A DNA stretch of 64,000 bases, taken from assembly GCA_023061495.1 (NCBI GenBank), contig GCA_023061495.1_3643.1. One strand, given 5' to 3'. The position numbers and the translations under genes were made by a program. Below are positions 54,703-64,000 of this stretch, one piece after another; the stretch's first letter is position 1, and each line of letters opens with the position of its first letter. The DNA is from Escherichia coli. GTDB taxonomy: Bacteria; Pseudomonadota; Gammaproteobacteria; Enterobacterales; Enterobacteriaceae. Under the pieces are notes generated by a model that saw only the letters and a program-made list of their open reading frames with translations, did no database searches and had not been told where the DNA came from.

Positions 54703-55203
54703 GTGAAAATTAAAATCTTTGCTATTATTTTGAGCGCATTTTTATCGCTGCCTGTTGTTGCAGCACCAAAACAAAAAGTATATCACACCTGCAAGCCATC
54801 GGATACTAAGGAGAACATTCTGGCATGCAATATCTACAGGGAAGCTAGAGGAGATGGCACGATGGGTATGCTGGCATCTGGGTTTGCCACACTAAACAGG
54901 AAATCTCACCCTAAATACCCAGACACTATAAGAAAGATTGTCTACCAACCTAACCAGTTTTCGTGGACAAACCACGGCAAAACTTTTAAGGTGACAGAAA
55001 AAGATTCATGGGATCACGCTAAAAGTCTTGCAAAGATGCTTCTAAAGGTCTATAATAACAACCATGTTGCATACATGGCTATGGATATAACAGGTGGAGC
55101 AACACACTATCATACAACAAAAGTACGACCGAAATGGGCAAAAAAGATGCAGAGGACAGCTCAATTCGGGAGTCATATCTACTACAAGGAGCGCAATAAA
55201 TGA
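54703..55203 (+). CDS. secreted cell-wall hydrolase (SleB/CwlJ-like Hydrolase_2 domain) with Sec-type signal peptide; endolysin candidate
   Basis: GTG start preceded by GGAG; N-terminal MKIKIFAIILSAFLSLPVVAAP; catalytic-domain motif CNIYREARGDG...ATLNR...PDTIRKIVYQPNQFSW. Confidence 0.6.
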   Translation: MKIKIFAIILSAFLSLPVVAAPKQKVYHTCKPSDTKENILACNIYREARGDGTMGMLASGFATLNRKSHPKYPDTIRKIVYQPNQFSWTNHGKTFKVTEKDSWDHAKSLAKMLLKVYNNNHVAYMAMDITGGATHYHTTKVRPKWAKKMQRTAQFGSHIYYKERNK

Positions 55204-57182
55204 TTGTAAACAGTAATGAAACTAAAGCAGTGCTAACTGGGAATTTGGAGGTCACAAGGGGATCAATTTCTCTGAACAAAGAGACTTTTGGGTTAATCAT
55301 TAAAGGGATTTATGAAGATAAGGTGCTGGCAAGCTGCCGTGAACCAATCTTCAATGCTGTGGACTCCCATGTTGAGTCTGGACGGAGTGATGTACCGATC
55401 ATCATTCACTCCCCTACAGACCTTGAACCATACTTCTTTGTGCAGGACGTTGGATTGGGCATGTCAGAAGAGATGGTCCGCAACACCTTCATGAACTTGG
55501 GGGAATCCACCAAGCGCAACAGTAATGCCTTGGTAGGTAATAAAGGTGTTGGTTCAAAGGCCCCGTTCAGCATGGTAGACACTTTTGATGTGATCAGTGT
55601 GCACAACGGTGTGGAAAGCACATACCTATTGTTCTTGGATCAAGGCATCCCAAATGTCACCAAGATCCGTGAGCGGAAGACTGAAGAGCATAACGGGGTA
55701 AAAGTTCAGTTTCATGTTAAGAAAGAGCATGTTCTGAAATATCGCACTGCTATTGCATCGTGCCTACGCTATGCAAAATTCCCGTTCACCGTCACCGATC
55801 CAATGACGAGCAAGATGCTGGAGGGAGATAAGGTAGAGGCGCAGTACTATTATGAAAAAGATGGTTGGAAGATGACCATCCTGAAGGGCTATACCAGCTC
55901 CGACGAGAGTCGTGTGGTAATGGGCCACCAACCTTACCGTTCTAAGTTCCTGGAAACATTGACAGACTATCCTGCAATCTGTGTAGAGATCCCTATCGGG
56001 GATTGCAATATTAACCCTGGGCGCGAATGGACCATAGAGGGTCACGATGATGGTGGATTCCAAGAGCGTCTGGAGGCTTTTGTCAAAGAGGGTATCCGTC
56101 TTCGTGGGGCAGAAGTTGTTGCGGAATTGGAAACAGCAAAAACATCCTCAGAAGCACGCGAGATGATGAAGAACAGTGGAGTGTTCGGGCACATCTTCGG
56201 TAAGAATTTTATGTGGGAACGATGGGAAGAGACAGGCCTAGGAAATTTGGGAGACTGTGAGATCTTCGCTGGCGGCTTAAATAAAGGCCGCATAGGTTAC
56301 GCTTGTTACGGAAAGGTAGAATTCTTACGGGGAGTCTATTTAGTATTTAACGACGGAGACGGCAAATATAACCGAAATAAGTGTAACTACTTAAGCGAGA
56401 TCACCGGACGCAACGTTTTCTATTGCCGGAACACGGATCTGGTGAAAGAGTTTAAAGAGGCGGCACACCATCCGTTCTTTGCAGATACGGTCAAATTGTT
56501 ATCAGAGCTCCCTCGCCGACCTGCGAAGAAAGGTGAAACAAAAACTCATTATGAGCCAGGCTATTGGGTTAAAAAACTTGAGAAGGATGGTTACTTCCGT
56601 CGTGAGCGTATTACTAAGGCAGAGTTCAAGAAGATTAAGCACTGCATTCCTTATGAGGGTGATATCCAACGTGGAAGTTGTTGGCTGGGGCAGCTGAGTA
56701 ACATCTACCAGCAAAATTATGACCGTGTGCGTGCGGCACTCCAGATTCCTGAAGGGGAAGATCTGTACCTGGTATCAGAATCTCGTCTGCTTTGGACCGA
56801 TCCTGATTGCCAGTATGTTACAGAGAAGAGTGTGGAACATTTGTTGAAAGAGGATGCTTGGAAATTCTTACTGACTCGCGCAGCAAATGAAACTTCATAT
56901 GACAGCCTGTATAGACAATTAGGGAAAGTTATTCCCATGCAAGATTTTGGAAATTATCGGCCACATTTCCACAAGTGGGAAGGTAATACCGCGTGGAAGC
57001 ATAGTGAGCTAAATCATCGTGCCAAAATCTTAATCGCCAACCGAGTCAAATGCGGGAAGGCCTATATTGCAAGATTGGAAAAGAAATATCCACTTTTGAA
57101 GCATGTAGGCTTGAAATATTGGGACACCCCTGCTATGATTGAATACCGTGAACTGATCGATACAAAGAATAACATCAAATAA
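55200..57182 (+). CDS. rIIA: rIIA-like protein with N-terminal GHKL-type ATPase motifs
   Basis: 660 aa; GHKL-like motifs FNAVDSH, VQDVGLGMS, GNKGVGSKAPF; directly upstream of the rIIB-like gene. Confidence 0.55.
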   Translation: MIVNSNETKAVLTGNLEVTRGSISLNKETFGLIIKGIYEDKVLASCREPIFNAVDSHVESGRSDVPIIIHSPTDLEPYFFVQDVGLGMSEEMVRNTFMNLGESTKRNSNALVGNKGVGSKAPFSMVDTFDVISVHNGVESTYLLFLDQGIPNVTKIRERKTEEHNGVKVQFHVKKEHVLKYRTAIASCLRYAKFPFTVTDPMTSKMLEGDKVEAQYYYEKDGWKMTILKGYTSSDESRVVMGHQPYRSKFLETLTDYPAICVEIPIGDCNINPGREWTIEGHDDGGFQERLEAFVKEGIRLRGAEVVAELETAKTSSEAREMMKNSGVFGHIFGKNFMWERWEETGLGNLGDCEIFAGGLNKGRIGYACYGKVEFLRGVYLVFNDGDGKYNRNKCNYLSEITGRNVFYCRNTDLVKEFKEAAHHPFFADTVKLLSELPRRPAKKGETKTHYEPGYWVKKLEKDGYFRRERITKAEFKKIKHCIPYEGDIQRGSCWLGQLSNIYQQNYDRVRAALQIPEGEDLYLVSESRLLWTDPDCQYVTEKSVEHLLKEDAWKFLLTRAANETSYDSLYRQLGKVIPMQDFGNYRPHFHKWEGNTAWKHSELNHRAKILIANRVKCGKAYIARLEKKYPLLKHVGLKYWDTPAMIEYRELIDTKNNIK

Positions 57183-57192
57183 GGAGACCAAG

Positions 57193-58398
57193 ATGATTTT
57201 CATCTACGAACATTTCAAAACCCGTAAAGAAGCACGAGACCGCCGTGCAGAACTTGAGAAGAAAGGTTTCACATGCGCTATTGAGAAAGGTGACACAACC
57301 TGGACACTGGCAGTGGGTGCCCCAGAGGTGTTCGATCCTGACCGTGACAGCGTCTGCTACACCCGTGAGGATTTTGAAACCCGTGAAGAGGCCCGTTTAT
57401 TTCGATATGGGTTGGAAGATAACGGTAAGTACGCCATGATCTTAGACTTAGGCGAAGGTTCCGTTAAACGTTGGGGCGTGGTATACCCACTGTGTGTTGT
57501 TCACGGTGTGGGGTTCACTGGGGTAGCAGTTAAGTCAGAAGAACCTTCGGTAGAAGTCAAAGACCCGGTGCTGGAGGTGGTGAGCAGTGTGTCTCAGCAA
57601 CAGACTCGAAGCATCGAGCCTTTGGTAGTTATTTGCGGAGAACTCCTCCAGATCACCTGTAACGAAGGTATTTTTGAAATTCGCCGTAGCGAAAGTGAGG
57701 AAGTTTACCAGAAAGTCTTCGACCATATCTCTGTTCAGGAATATGACGAGGCAATTGGTGAAATCCTTATCTGGCTGGAACGCAAGAATGAGTTCACTAC
57801 ACTGGCAGACAACCTGATTATGAAAGATGGTAAGCTCTACTACTACGGTGTAGAGATGCGATCTACCATTGCAAAGAAAATTGAGAAAGATTATGCAGAT
57901 GGAACACTGGATGACCGCTATGTGAAATTCCTAGTTCGCCTGTTACGCAATCCGTCTGCAAAATCTGTAAACATGCTCTACGATTTTATGCAGGCAAACG
58001 ACATTCAGATTGCAGAAGATGGTCGAATCATTTGCTACAAAGGGGTTCAGTTTAACGGCGACAAGTGGGTGGATTGGCACAGTGGTAAAGTCCCACAATA
58101 CCAGGGTGCTTTTGTATCCATGCCTCGTAACTTTGTAGAGGATGATCCGGAAGCTGCATGCTCTTATGGCCTGCACTGTGCCAGCAAAGAGTATGCAAAG
58201 AGCTACGGCACTGTGATGACGGTTATGGTTGACCCTGCTGATGTAGTCAGTGTACCTTACCAACACAACAGCGCTAAGTGCCGTGCATGCCGCTACGAAA
58301 TCGTAGTAGCTCCAGAATCGCGCAAAGATGGAGACCCAATCGAGTACGTGATTGACCGCGACGGCAACACTATCGACATTATCTACGAGGAGGCGTAA
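57193..58398 (+). CDS. rIIB: rIIB-like protein
   Basis: 401 aa; C-terminal block (NPSAKSVNMLYDFMQANDIQIAEDG...SMPRNFVEDDPEAACSYGLHCASKEYA...DPADVVSVPYQHNSAKCRACRYEIV) matches the T4 rIIB C-terminal region as recalled from memory. Confidence 0.55.
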   Translation: MIFIYEHFKTRKEARDRRAELEKKGFTCAIEKGDTTWTLAVGAPEVFDPDRDSVCYTREDFETREEARLFRYGLEDNGKYAMILDLGEGSVKRWGVVYPLCVVHGVGFTGVAVKSEEPSVEVKDPVLEVVSSVSQQQTRSIEPLVVICGELLQITCNEGIFEIRRSESEEVYQKVFDHISVQEYDEAIGEILIWLERKNEFTTLADNLIMKDGKLYYYGVEMRSTIAKKIEKDYADGTLDDRYVKFLVRLLRNPSAKSVNMLYDFMQANDIQIAEDGRIICYKGVQFNGDKWVDWHSGKVPQYQGAFVSMPRNFVEDDPEAACSYGLHCASKEYAKSYGTVMTVMVDPADVVSVPYQHNSAKCRACRYEIVVAPESRKDGDPIEYVIDRDGNTIDIIYEEA

Positions 58399-59768
58399 TG
58401 GAAAAAGGGCAGTACGATGTAGGCACAGATGCTGCCCTTGTTGCAATCATGAGTGGTGAGAATGTCTTCGTAAGTGGACCGGGTGGAACCGGGAAGACAT
58501 ATCTTATCAACATGATCCAGTCTATGTATGGAGACTCTTGCATAACGGTTGCCCCGACAGGGGTAGCCGCTTTAAACGTTAATGGAGCAACAGCGCACCG
58601 AACTTTCGATCTTGCCGCAGGTGTGAGCATGGAGTCAGACTGGACAGCAATAAGGGCAAAAACAGCAAAGCCTCTGAAAAGCAAGGCATTTACCATCCTA
58701 ATTATCGATGAAATCTCTATGATCCGTGCTGACAAGTTCATAGAGATGGATAGAAAACTTCGCTTTCTTCGGAAAAATGACAAACCTTTCGGAGGCATTC
58801 AGGTACTATTGTTTGGAGATTTCTACCAAGCACCTCCAGTTGTCTCTTCCATGGAGAAAGAAGCCTACTTCAACTTCTACCACACAGATCTGTGTTGTTA
58901 TACAGAATCTTGGGAGGATCTTAATCTTCACAATATAGCCTTAGTAGACCAGTTCCGTCAGGAATCTGTTCGCTTCGCCACAATGTTGAACTGTGTTCGT
59001 GAAGGTCGCCGCATAAAAGAGGTTGTAGCAGAGCTTAACACTCGTTGCTATCATGGTGGTGTCCCAACAGATGCCTTGACCATCTGCGCCACCAATAAGC
59101 AAGCAGAGGAGGTGAACAGACGTTTCTATGATGCCATCCAGGCCCCAGAGAAGACCTACATTGGTAAAATGAAGGGTAAGTTCCCTTCCACACTGCCTGT
59201 GGAGCAGGAAATGAGGCTGAAGATAGGGATGAAGGTTATGATAACCTCAAACGATGTTGACCCTACTCACAAAGTTCCGTATTATGTCAACGGGACACGT
59301 GCCACAGTGGTAAAATTCAAGACCAAATCCGTGGTAGTTGAGCTAGAAGACGGGGCACAGGTTGAAATTGAGCCGAGATTGTGGGAGAATAACGAGTACA
59401 AACCTTCCCAGAGGTACAATATTGCCGAAAGGAAGATGGAGAAGTTCATAGAGAGGGTTGTGATCGGGTCTTATGAGCAACTTCCTTTGAAATCTGGGTA
59501 CGCAGTAACATCTCATAAAAGTCAAGGACTTACGTTAGATTGTTACAACCTAGACCTCGGAAAGAACGGAGCTTTCTCTCCCGGAATGACGTATGTTGCC
59601 TTGAGTCGGGTTAAGACGATACAAGGAATAAACTTGTTGCGTCCATTAAGAGAGGTGGATATTATTGTTGACCCGCGAGTCGTAGAGTTTTATAATACAA
59701 CTTTCCCTGGCTTAGACGAGAAGGTCAGGAAAGATTTTGAAACTAGAGCAGAAAAGGGGGACGTATGA
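58398..59768 (+). CDS. SF1B DNA helicase (Dda/RecD/Pif1-like)
   Basis: 456 aa; Walker A GPGGTGKT; Walker B IIDEISM; motif VTSHKSQGLT; start overlaps upstream stop. Confidence 0.7.
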   Translation: MEKGQYDVGTDAALVAIMSGENVFVSGPGGTGKTYLINMIQSMYGDSCITVAPTGVAALNVNGATAHRTFDLAAGVSMESDWTAIRAKTAKPLKSKAFTILIIDEISMIRADKFIEMDRKLRFLRKNDKPFGGIQVLLFGDFYQAPPVVSSMEKEAYFNFYHTDLCCYTESWEDLNLHNIALVDQFRQESVRFATMLNCVREGRRIKEVVAELNTRCYHGGVPTDALTICATNKQAEEVNRRFYDAIQAPEKTYIGKMKGKFPSTLPVEQEMRLKIGMKVMITSNDVDPTHKVPYYVNGTRATVVKFKTKSVVVELEDGAQVEIEPRLWENNEYKPSQRYNIAERKMEKFIERVVIGSYEQLPLKSGYAVTSHKSQGLTLDCYNLDLGKNGAFSPGMTYVALSRVKTIQGINLLRPLREVDIIVDPRVVEFYNTTFPGLDEKVRKDFETRAEKGDV

Positions 59769-60103
59769 GTTTGTGGAGAAATATAGTTAACTACGTGTGT
59801 GGCAATCCAAATCCTGAAGAGAAGGATGTTGTGATTCACGATTTTACTAAAAGATCTCGTGAAAAAGACCTCCTGCTAACAAAGGTGATCGATAAAGACC
59901 CTATAGGAGACTGGGCAGGGTTTGCGTTTACATCTGACAAGTACACCTTTAACAAAGGTGACTACCTCGTTGTGGATTTTAACGAAGACATAGAGGGTGC
60001 TGAACCTTACTATCAGACCCTTGTCGTTGCAGAGTGTGTTGAGCTCTCTGCAAACATGCACAGTTTGATTCTTTTTGAGCTTGACTCTGAAGACCTTCAG
60101 TAG
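59765..60103 (+). CDS. hypothetical protein
   Basis: RBS AAGGGGGA; overlapping start/stop (ATGA); 112 aa. Confidence 0.5.
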   Translation: MSLWRNIVNYVCGNPNPEEKDVVIHDFTKRSREKDLLLTKVIDKDPIGDWAGFAFTSDKYTFNKGDYLVVDFNEDIEGAEPYYQTLVVAECVELSANMHSLILFELDSEDLQ

Positions 60104-60163
60104 TAAGATGTGAGTATAAAGGGGAGGAGTTACTCCCCACAAAACCGAGGAGAGCACCAAACG

Positions 60164-60466
60164 ATGAAGCGTTATAAACCATACACTTTTGAAATCGATT
60201 TCGAACTTGACGATATGCTCACTGTAGAAGCTCAGGCAGTTGTCCAGTTGCCAGATCCGGAGTGCCGTGATTCTGATGTTGATTATTATGGATTTAGACA
60301 GATTACCGATGTGCATGTTTACCACAACGGGGAAGAGGTGGGCTTTCACCAGCTGCCAAACGATCTGCGCCACTCGATTTACAAACGTGCAGCACGTGAA
60401 CTAGAGTCCTATCTGGATGCAGCGACAACGGCAGCAGCATTTGCTGAAGAAGTAGGGGGATTCTAA
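60164..60466 (+). CDS. hypothetical protein
   Basis: ATG 60164 preceded by GAGGAGAG, chosen over the track's GTG at 60110 which lacks an RBS; 100 aa. Confidence 0.45.
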   Translation: MKRYKPYTFEIDFELDDMLTVEAQAVVQLPDPECRDSDVDYYGFRQITDVHVYHNGEEVGFHQLPNDLRHSIYKRAARELESYLDAATTAAAFAEEVGGF

Positions 60467-60861
60467 TGATTACAGATGTGAAGATTATCCAATACCACTT
60501 AACCAAATTAGAAGATGCTGAAAAAGAGCTTGCAGAAGTTCTGAATAGTGGGTATACTTTACTGGCATGCTCCTGTTCAGACACATACATTGTGTGGACA
60601 CTTGTTAAGAAGGAAGATCCAGCAGGGATCTTGGTGCCAAACCCTAAGATTATTAGCGAGGTGGACGACTACTCTCAGGATGGCCTGCCAGAGGGTTGGG
60701 AAGCATGGGAAGGTGGTGAAAACCCTGTACCAGGTAAGTGGGTAAAATACAAACTACGCAGCGGTGCACAATATGCTGACTACTCTGATGACCTAGACTG
60801 GAGTCACTCTTCACTAGGATCGTCTGCAAGTGCATATGATATCGTTGCTTTTCAGGAATAA
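60466..60861 (+). CDS. hypothetical protein
   Basis: RBS AGGGGGA; 131 aa. Confidence 0.5.
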   Translation: MITDVKIIQYHLTKLEDAEKELAEVLNSGYTLLACSCSDTYIVWTLVKKEDPAGILVPNPKIISEVDDYSQDGLPEGWEAWEGGENPVPGKWVKYKLRSGAQYADYSDDLDWSHSSLGSSASAYDIVAFQE

Positions 60862-60872
60862 GGGGGAGTGTT

Positions 60873-61355
60873 ATGTCAGACTTCATGTGGAAGGTAGGCT
60901 ATGCCTCTCCTGAAATGTGTGAGGCTTGCTTTGTGAAAATAGGCCGCGAGGATATTGACAAAGTGATCCTTAAGTTTCGTGATGTGGCTGTAATCGGAAA
61001 CCGAGTGCTTAAGCACTTAAAGAATCTGAAGCTCACCAAGAAGAAGTTCTTCGGACTTTTCGAAGAGAAAGTTGATGCTTGGGCACATTGCATTCAGGAA
61101 GCCAAATCTCACTACAGTGCTATCGTTACCCCAGAACGGGTAGCCAAGATGGAAGGATTTATCAACAGCACAGAGTTTGAGTGCCTAAAGGCTGCTCTTG
61201 ATAGTTATCCAAAGTGCCTCAAACACCTTGACAAGTATGTAGAGAAGGATGGGGAAATGTATCTCACCCTGGACGCATACTATGAGATGCAAGAAATTTT
61301 AAATTTAGATTTGACATTGGTATCCACCGAGTATACAATAGGTATCCGGGTTTAA
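60873..61355 (+). CDS. hypothetical protein
   Basis: RBS AAGGGGGAG; 160 aa; terminator downstream. Confidence 0.5.
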   Translation: MSDFMWKVGYASPEMCEACFVKIGREDIDKVILKFRDVAVIGNRVLKHLKNLKLTKKKFFGLFEEKVDAWAHCIQEAKSHYSAIVTPERVAKMEGFINSTEFECLKAALDSYPKCLKHLDKYVEKDGEMYLTLDAYYEMQEILNLDLTLVSTEYTIGIRV

Positions 61356-61361
61356 CACTAG

Positions 61362-61388
61362 GCCCTGCCCGAAAGGGTGGGGCTTTTT
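61362..61388 (+). terminator. rho-independent terminator (GAAA loop)
   Basis: CCCTGCCC-GAAA-GGGTGGGG hairpin followed by CTTTTT. Confidence 0.55.
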
Positions 61389-61406
61389 GCATTAGGAGAC
61401 AGCAAA

Positions 61407-62168
61407 TTGAAATTTATCTACAAAGAACACTACCACAAAGGTGTTGTGTGGAGTCTATTTGACGGGTCTGGGGGTGCAGTCATTGACTGGGCAAAAGCTG
61501 GGTATCTGTGCCTGTGCTTTAATGCAGAAGGGGCTGACCATGGCAGTTATGCAGAGGTGATAACCGATCATCCCAATATTCACTATGTGGATTATTGGAT
61601 TGACCCGTGGTTCCCGCAGGAAACTTTTTGCATGTATCCGGCTCCAGACTTTATTCTTGCATTTCCTCCGTGCACGCATTTGGCGGTATCAGGTGCTGCG
61701 CATTTTAAGAAAAAGCTGGCTAAGGACCCTCTGATCCAAATTAATGCTGTAAAAGATGCTAGGGTTGCAGAAGAGTTGGGAGAGATTTACGATTGCCCGT
61801 GGCATGTAGAGAATCCTGTGGGTGTTATGTCCACACTGTGGCGCAAACCTGATTACCGTTTTCACCCTTCGGATTATGGCGGGTATTTACCGGAAGATGA
61901 TGTAAACCCATGGTTTCCTGAATTTATAGCTCCACGTGATGCCTATCCAAAAATAACTTGCGGATGGATAGGTAATGGATTTATAATCCCGGCCACAAAA
62001 CCTGTCCCGCAAATAGTTGACGTGGTTAGCGGGTATTCCATGCAACACGCCAAGCTGGGTGGAAAGAGTGCAAGAACGAAGATGATTCGAAGCCTCACAC
62101 CACGTGGCTGGGCAAAAGCTGTATTCTTAGCAAACGAGCCTGTAGTAAGGAGAAGGGCCAATGGTTGA
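61407..62168 (+). CDS. DNA C5-cytosine methyltransferase-like protein with atypical catalytic motif (PCT instead of PCQ)
   Basis: Probable TTG start 61407 preceded by AGGAG; the track's GTG at 61377 lies inside the terminator hairpin; motifs LFDGSGG (motif I-like), FPPCTHLAVSG (motif IV-like), VENPVG (motif VI-like); short at 253 aa. Confidence 0.4.
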   Translation: MKFIYKEHYHKGVVWSLFDGSGGAVIDWAKAGYLCLCFNAEGADHGSYAEVITDHPNIHYVDYWIDPWFPQETFCMYPAPDFILAFPPCTHLAVSGAAHFKKKLAKDPLIQINAVKDARVAEELGEIYDCPWHVENPVGVMSTLWRKPDYRFHPSDYGGYLPEDDVNPWFPEFIAPRDAYPKITCGWIGNGFIIPATKPVPQIVDVVSGYSMQHAKLGGKSARTKMIRSLTPRGWAKAVFLANEPVVRRRANG

Positions 62169-62832
62169 CTGGAGCAAGTATTTCACCTACAGTGATGGCA
62201 AACTGTTCTGGGCGTACACTGCAAAAGCCGGAAGGGGCAGGGTTATACATTACGCAGGTGAGGAGGCCACAGGTACAGATAAAAATGGCTATAGAGTGAT
62301 ATATGTGTCAGGTGTTGGGAGTGTTCGTAGGCATAGAATAGTTTGGGAGATGCATTACGGGGAGATACCTGAAGGACTTGTTGTGCGGCACAAGAACGAC
62401 ATAGCAGGCGATGATAGGGTAGAGAACTTAGTCCTAGGTACACAGGGTGATAATGCAAGAGACATGATCTACAGTGACAAACTGAGCATTAACAATACCT
62501 CAGGGTGTCGAGGTGTACGCTACCATAGAGGCATAAAAAGATGGATTGCATCTGTTGGAGACATATACTTAGGGTGTTTTAAGACAAAAGAGGCTGCAAT
62601 TGCATGCAGAAAGTTATGGGAGAAGGGAAAATTCGTCCCGCAAGAGTTGGATGTTAGAAACACTAGCGGTGTAACAGGGGTGTTCTATGTGCCGAGCTCT
62701 GGAAGGTGGAGAGTCAGGGTGCAAAGCGGCAAAAAGAGAAAGAGCTATGGCACTTACAATACTTTAGAAGAAGCAAAAGCTGCACGAGATAGAGTGATGA
62801 AAGAGATTGAGGAGTTTAAAGATGGGGAATAA
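62161..62832 (+). CDS. HNH homing endonuclease with two AP2 DNA-binding domains
   Basis: 223 aa; HNH region HRIVWEMHYGEIPEGLVVRHKNDIAGDDRVENL; two AP2-like units (SGCRGVRYH...KRWIASV; SGVTGVFYV...RWRVRVQ); AGA/AGG/ATA-rich codon usage; overlaps both neighbouring genes. Confidence 0.6.
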   Translation: MVDWSKYFTYSDGKLFWAYTAKAGRGRVIHYAGEEATGTDKNGYRVIYVSGVGSVRRHRIVWEMHYGEIPEGLVVRHKNDIAGDDRVENLVLGTQGDNARDMIYSDKLSINNTSGCRGVRYHRGIKRWIASVGDIYLGCFKTKEAAIACRKLWEKGKFVPQELDVRNTSGVTGVFYVPSSGRWRVRVQSGKKRKSYGTYNTLEEAKAARDRVMKEIEEFKDGE

Positions 62833-64000
62833 GTTTATATCCTCTGCATATAGCCGCTATGGAGAACCTAACCCGGTTGCAACAAGATACAAAAGTGGGG
62901 GCAGTATGAAACGAGACTATCGTGATGAAAAAGAGGTTGAAACTGTAGAGACTGTTTTAGAAAATACTAAAATTGTCCCTGTTCCACAACAGAATATAGG
63001 TCTAATGGCTGCTCAATATTTTGGTGTGCGATCAGCATTATCCCAAGAAGATGGTGTGACAGTCACTGCAACATATTTCCCATATTATGACCGCTACGGA
63101 AATCTGTCTGGTTTCAAAAAACGTGATTGGTCTAAGCCGAAAGAGCAGAAAGGACACTGGTCTGTAGTAGGCATAGTAAAGGCCAACTCTCAGATGTTTG
63201 GTCAAAAGCTGTGTGCATCCTCCAACAACCGTAAACAGATTAACGTTTGCGAGGGGGAGGGTGATGTTATTGCAGCATGGCAAGCTGCATATCAGATACA
63301 AGTGAAAGGTATTCTCACCAATGCTAAAGCCCCAGCGAAGGTGAAGCAGTGGGCTAAAGAAGTTCAAGATGGGATTGATGCAGTTATCAACGGCGGGGAT
63401 CTGGCAGGAAAACCCTGCCTGCCTTTTGTTGGAATTAACTGCGGGTGTGCAAACGCCGTAGATACTTTTGCTAACAATGAGAAATTTATCCGTAGCTACG
63501 GAACAGTGGTCCTTGCAATGGACAACGATGCAGCTAACGAGGTAGAGAAGCAAAAACACGTTATCAAAGGTGTTGAGGCCACACATAATATCGCAGCATT
63601 TTTGATGGCGGATAACGTTTACCACGTGGAATATCCAGGTGAGGTAAACGACCCTGATGGTGTAAAAGATATTCGTGACATGCTGAAGGCTAAAAAGCTG
63701 GAAGATATTGTCAACATGTTCCGTCACCCAGTCAAATATGTGCCTGATGCTGTATCTGATTTAGAAGACTTCTCCATTGAATCTCTTCGTAAGAAGACTT
63801 CCAATGGCGTGGATATCAGTGCGGAGTTCCCTAAATTGCAGAAGATGCTGAAAGGGCTCCACAAAGGCACCTTGATGATGCTAACAGGTCCGTCTGGCGG
63901 TGGTAAAACAACTGTAGCCAAGAAGCTGGAACACTGCATTGCAAGATACTTGATGGATCCAACATGCCCTAAAGCTGATGATTATGAAGAGGATGATCGC
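62822..64000 (+). CDS. primase-helicase (Toprim domain followed by DnaB-like P-loop helicase), 3'-truncated by window edge
   Basis: ORF open from ATG 62822 (RBS GGAG) to the window end with no stop (checked codon by codon); Toprim motifs CEGEGD and LAMDNDAAN; Walker A LTGPSGGGKTT; not in the ORF track because it has no stop. Confidence 0.6.
   Translation, partial: MGNKFISSAYSRYGEPNPVATRYKSGGSMKRDYRDEKEVETVETVLENTKIVPVPQQNIGLMAAQYFGVRSALSQEDGVTVTATYFPYYDRYGNLSGFKKRDWSKPKEQKGHWSVVGIVKANSQMFGQKLCASSNNRKQINVCEGEGDVIAAWQAAYQIQVKGILTNAKAPAKVKQWAKEVQDGIDAVINGGDLAGKPCLPFVGINCGCANAVDTFANNEKFIRSYGTVVLAMDNDAANEVEKQKHVIKGVEATHNIAAFLMADNVYHVEYPGEVNDPDGVKDIRDMLKAKKLEDIVNMFRHPVKYVPDAVSDLEDFSIESLRKKTSNGVDISAEFPKLQKMLKGLHKGTLMMLTGPSGGGKTTVAKKLEHCIARYLMDPTCPKADDYEEDDR

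Noticed and set aside
2514-61377. Alternative GTG/TTG starts proposed by the ORF track (2514, 10921, 23484, 24038, 35157, 44165, 49459, 50515, 50550, 60110, 61377)
   Set aside because: In each case a downstream start with a well-spaced Shine-Dalgarno sequence exists and the longer start would overlap a promoter, terminator hairpin or upstream RBS; the shorter start was annotated instead.
1-64000. Prophage or lysogeny functions (integrase, repressor, att sites)
   Set aside because: None recognised in any frame; the gene content (rII-like genes, homing endonucleases, dedicated primase and helicase) fits a virulent phage, though the window covers only part of the genome.

Overview
This window reads as a contiguous segment of a large, probably virulent, tailed dsDNA phage with enterobacterial-style codon usage and sigma70-like promoters. 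I saw no integrase, repressor, rRNA, tRNA or CRISPR array. All product calls are from reading the ORF translations and motif recall; nothing was searched against a database. Layout: (i) 1-43,430 on the + strand is a virion morphogenesis module: probable major capsid protein, neck proteins, contractile-tail sheath and tube, a homing endonuclease inserted before the tail chaperones, chaperones with a lambda G/GT-style -1 frameshift site, tape measure, baseplate proteins, and an unusually large set of tail-fibre/receptor-binding genes, including a lambda J-like protein and a 1911-aa Ig-like-domain protein. (ii) 43,479-50,449 on the - strand is an early block of small genes, including a tandem array of four paralogous ~87-aa genes and a vWA/HExxH protein. 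(iii) 50,592-64,000 on the + strand is an early/replication block with a MoxR-like AAA+ ATPase, a signal-peptide SleB/CwlJ-like hydrolase, rIIA-like and rIIB-like genes, a Dda-like helicase, a C5-methyltransferase-like gene, an HNH-AP2 homing endonuclease and a 3'-truncated primase-helicase. A recurring promoter motif (TTGACA-like, 17 bp, TGnTAAAAT) and a recurring UUCG-loop terminator hairpin punctuate the module. Four runs of 94-98 N mask internal parts of tail genes. The most promising candidates for something undescribed are the tandem small-gene array in the early block, the separated MoxR/vWA pair, and the split or mosaic receptor-binding proteins.
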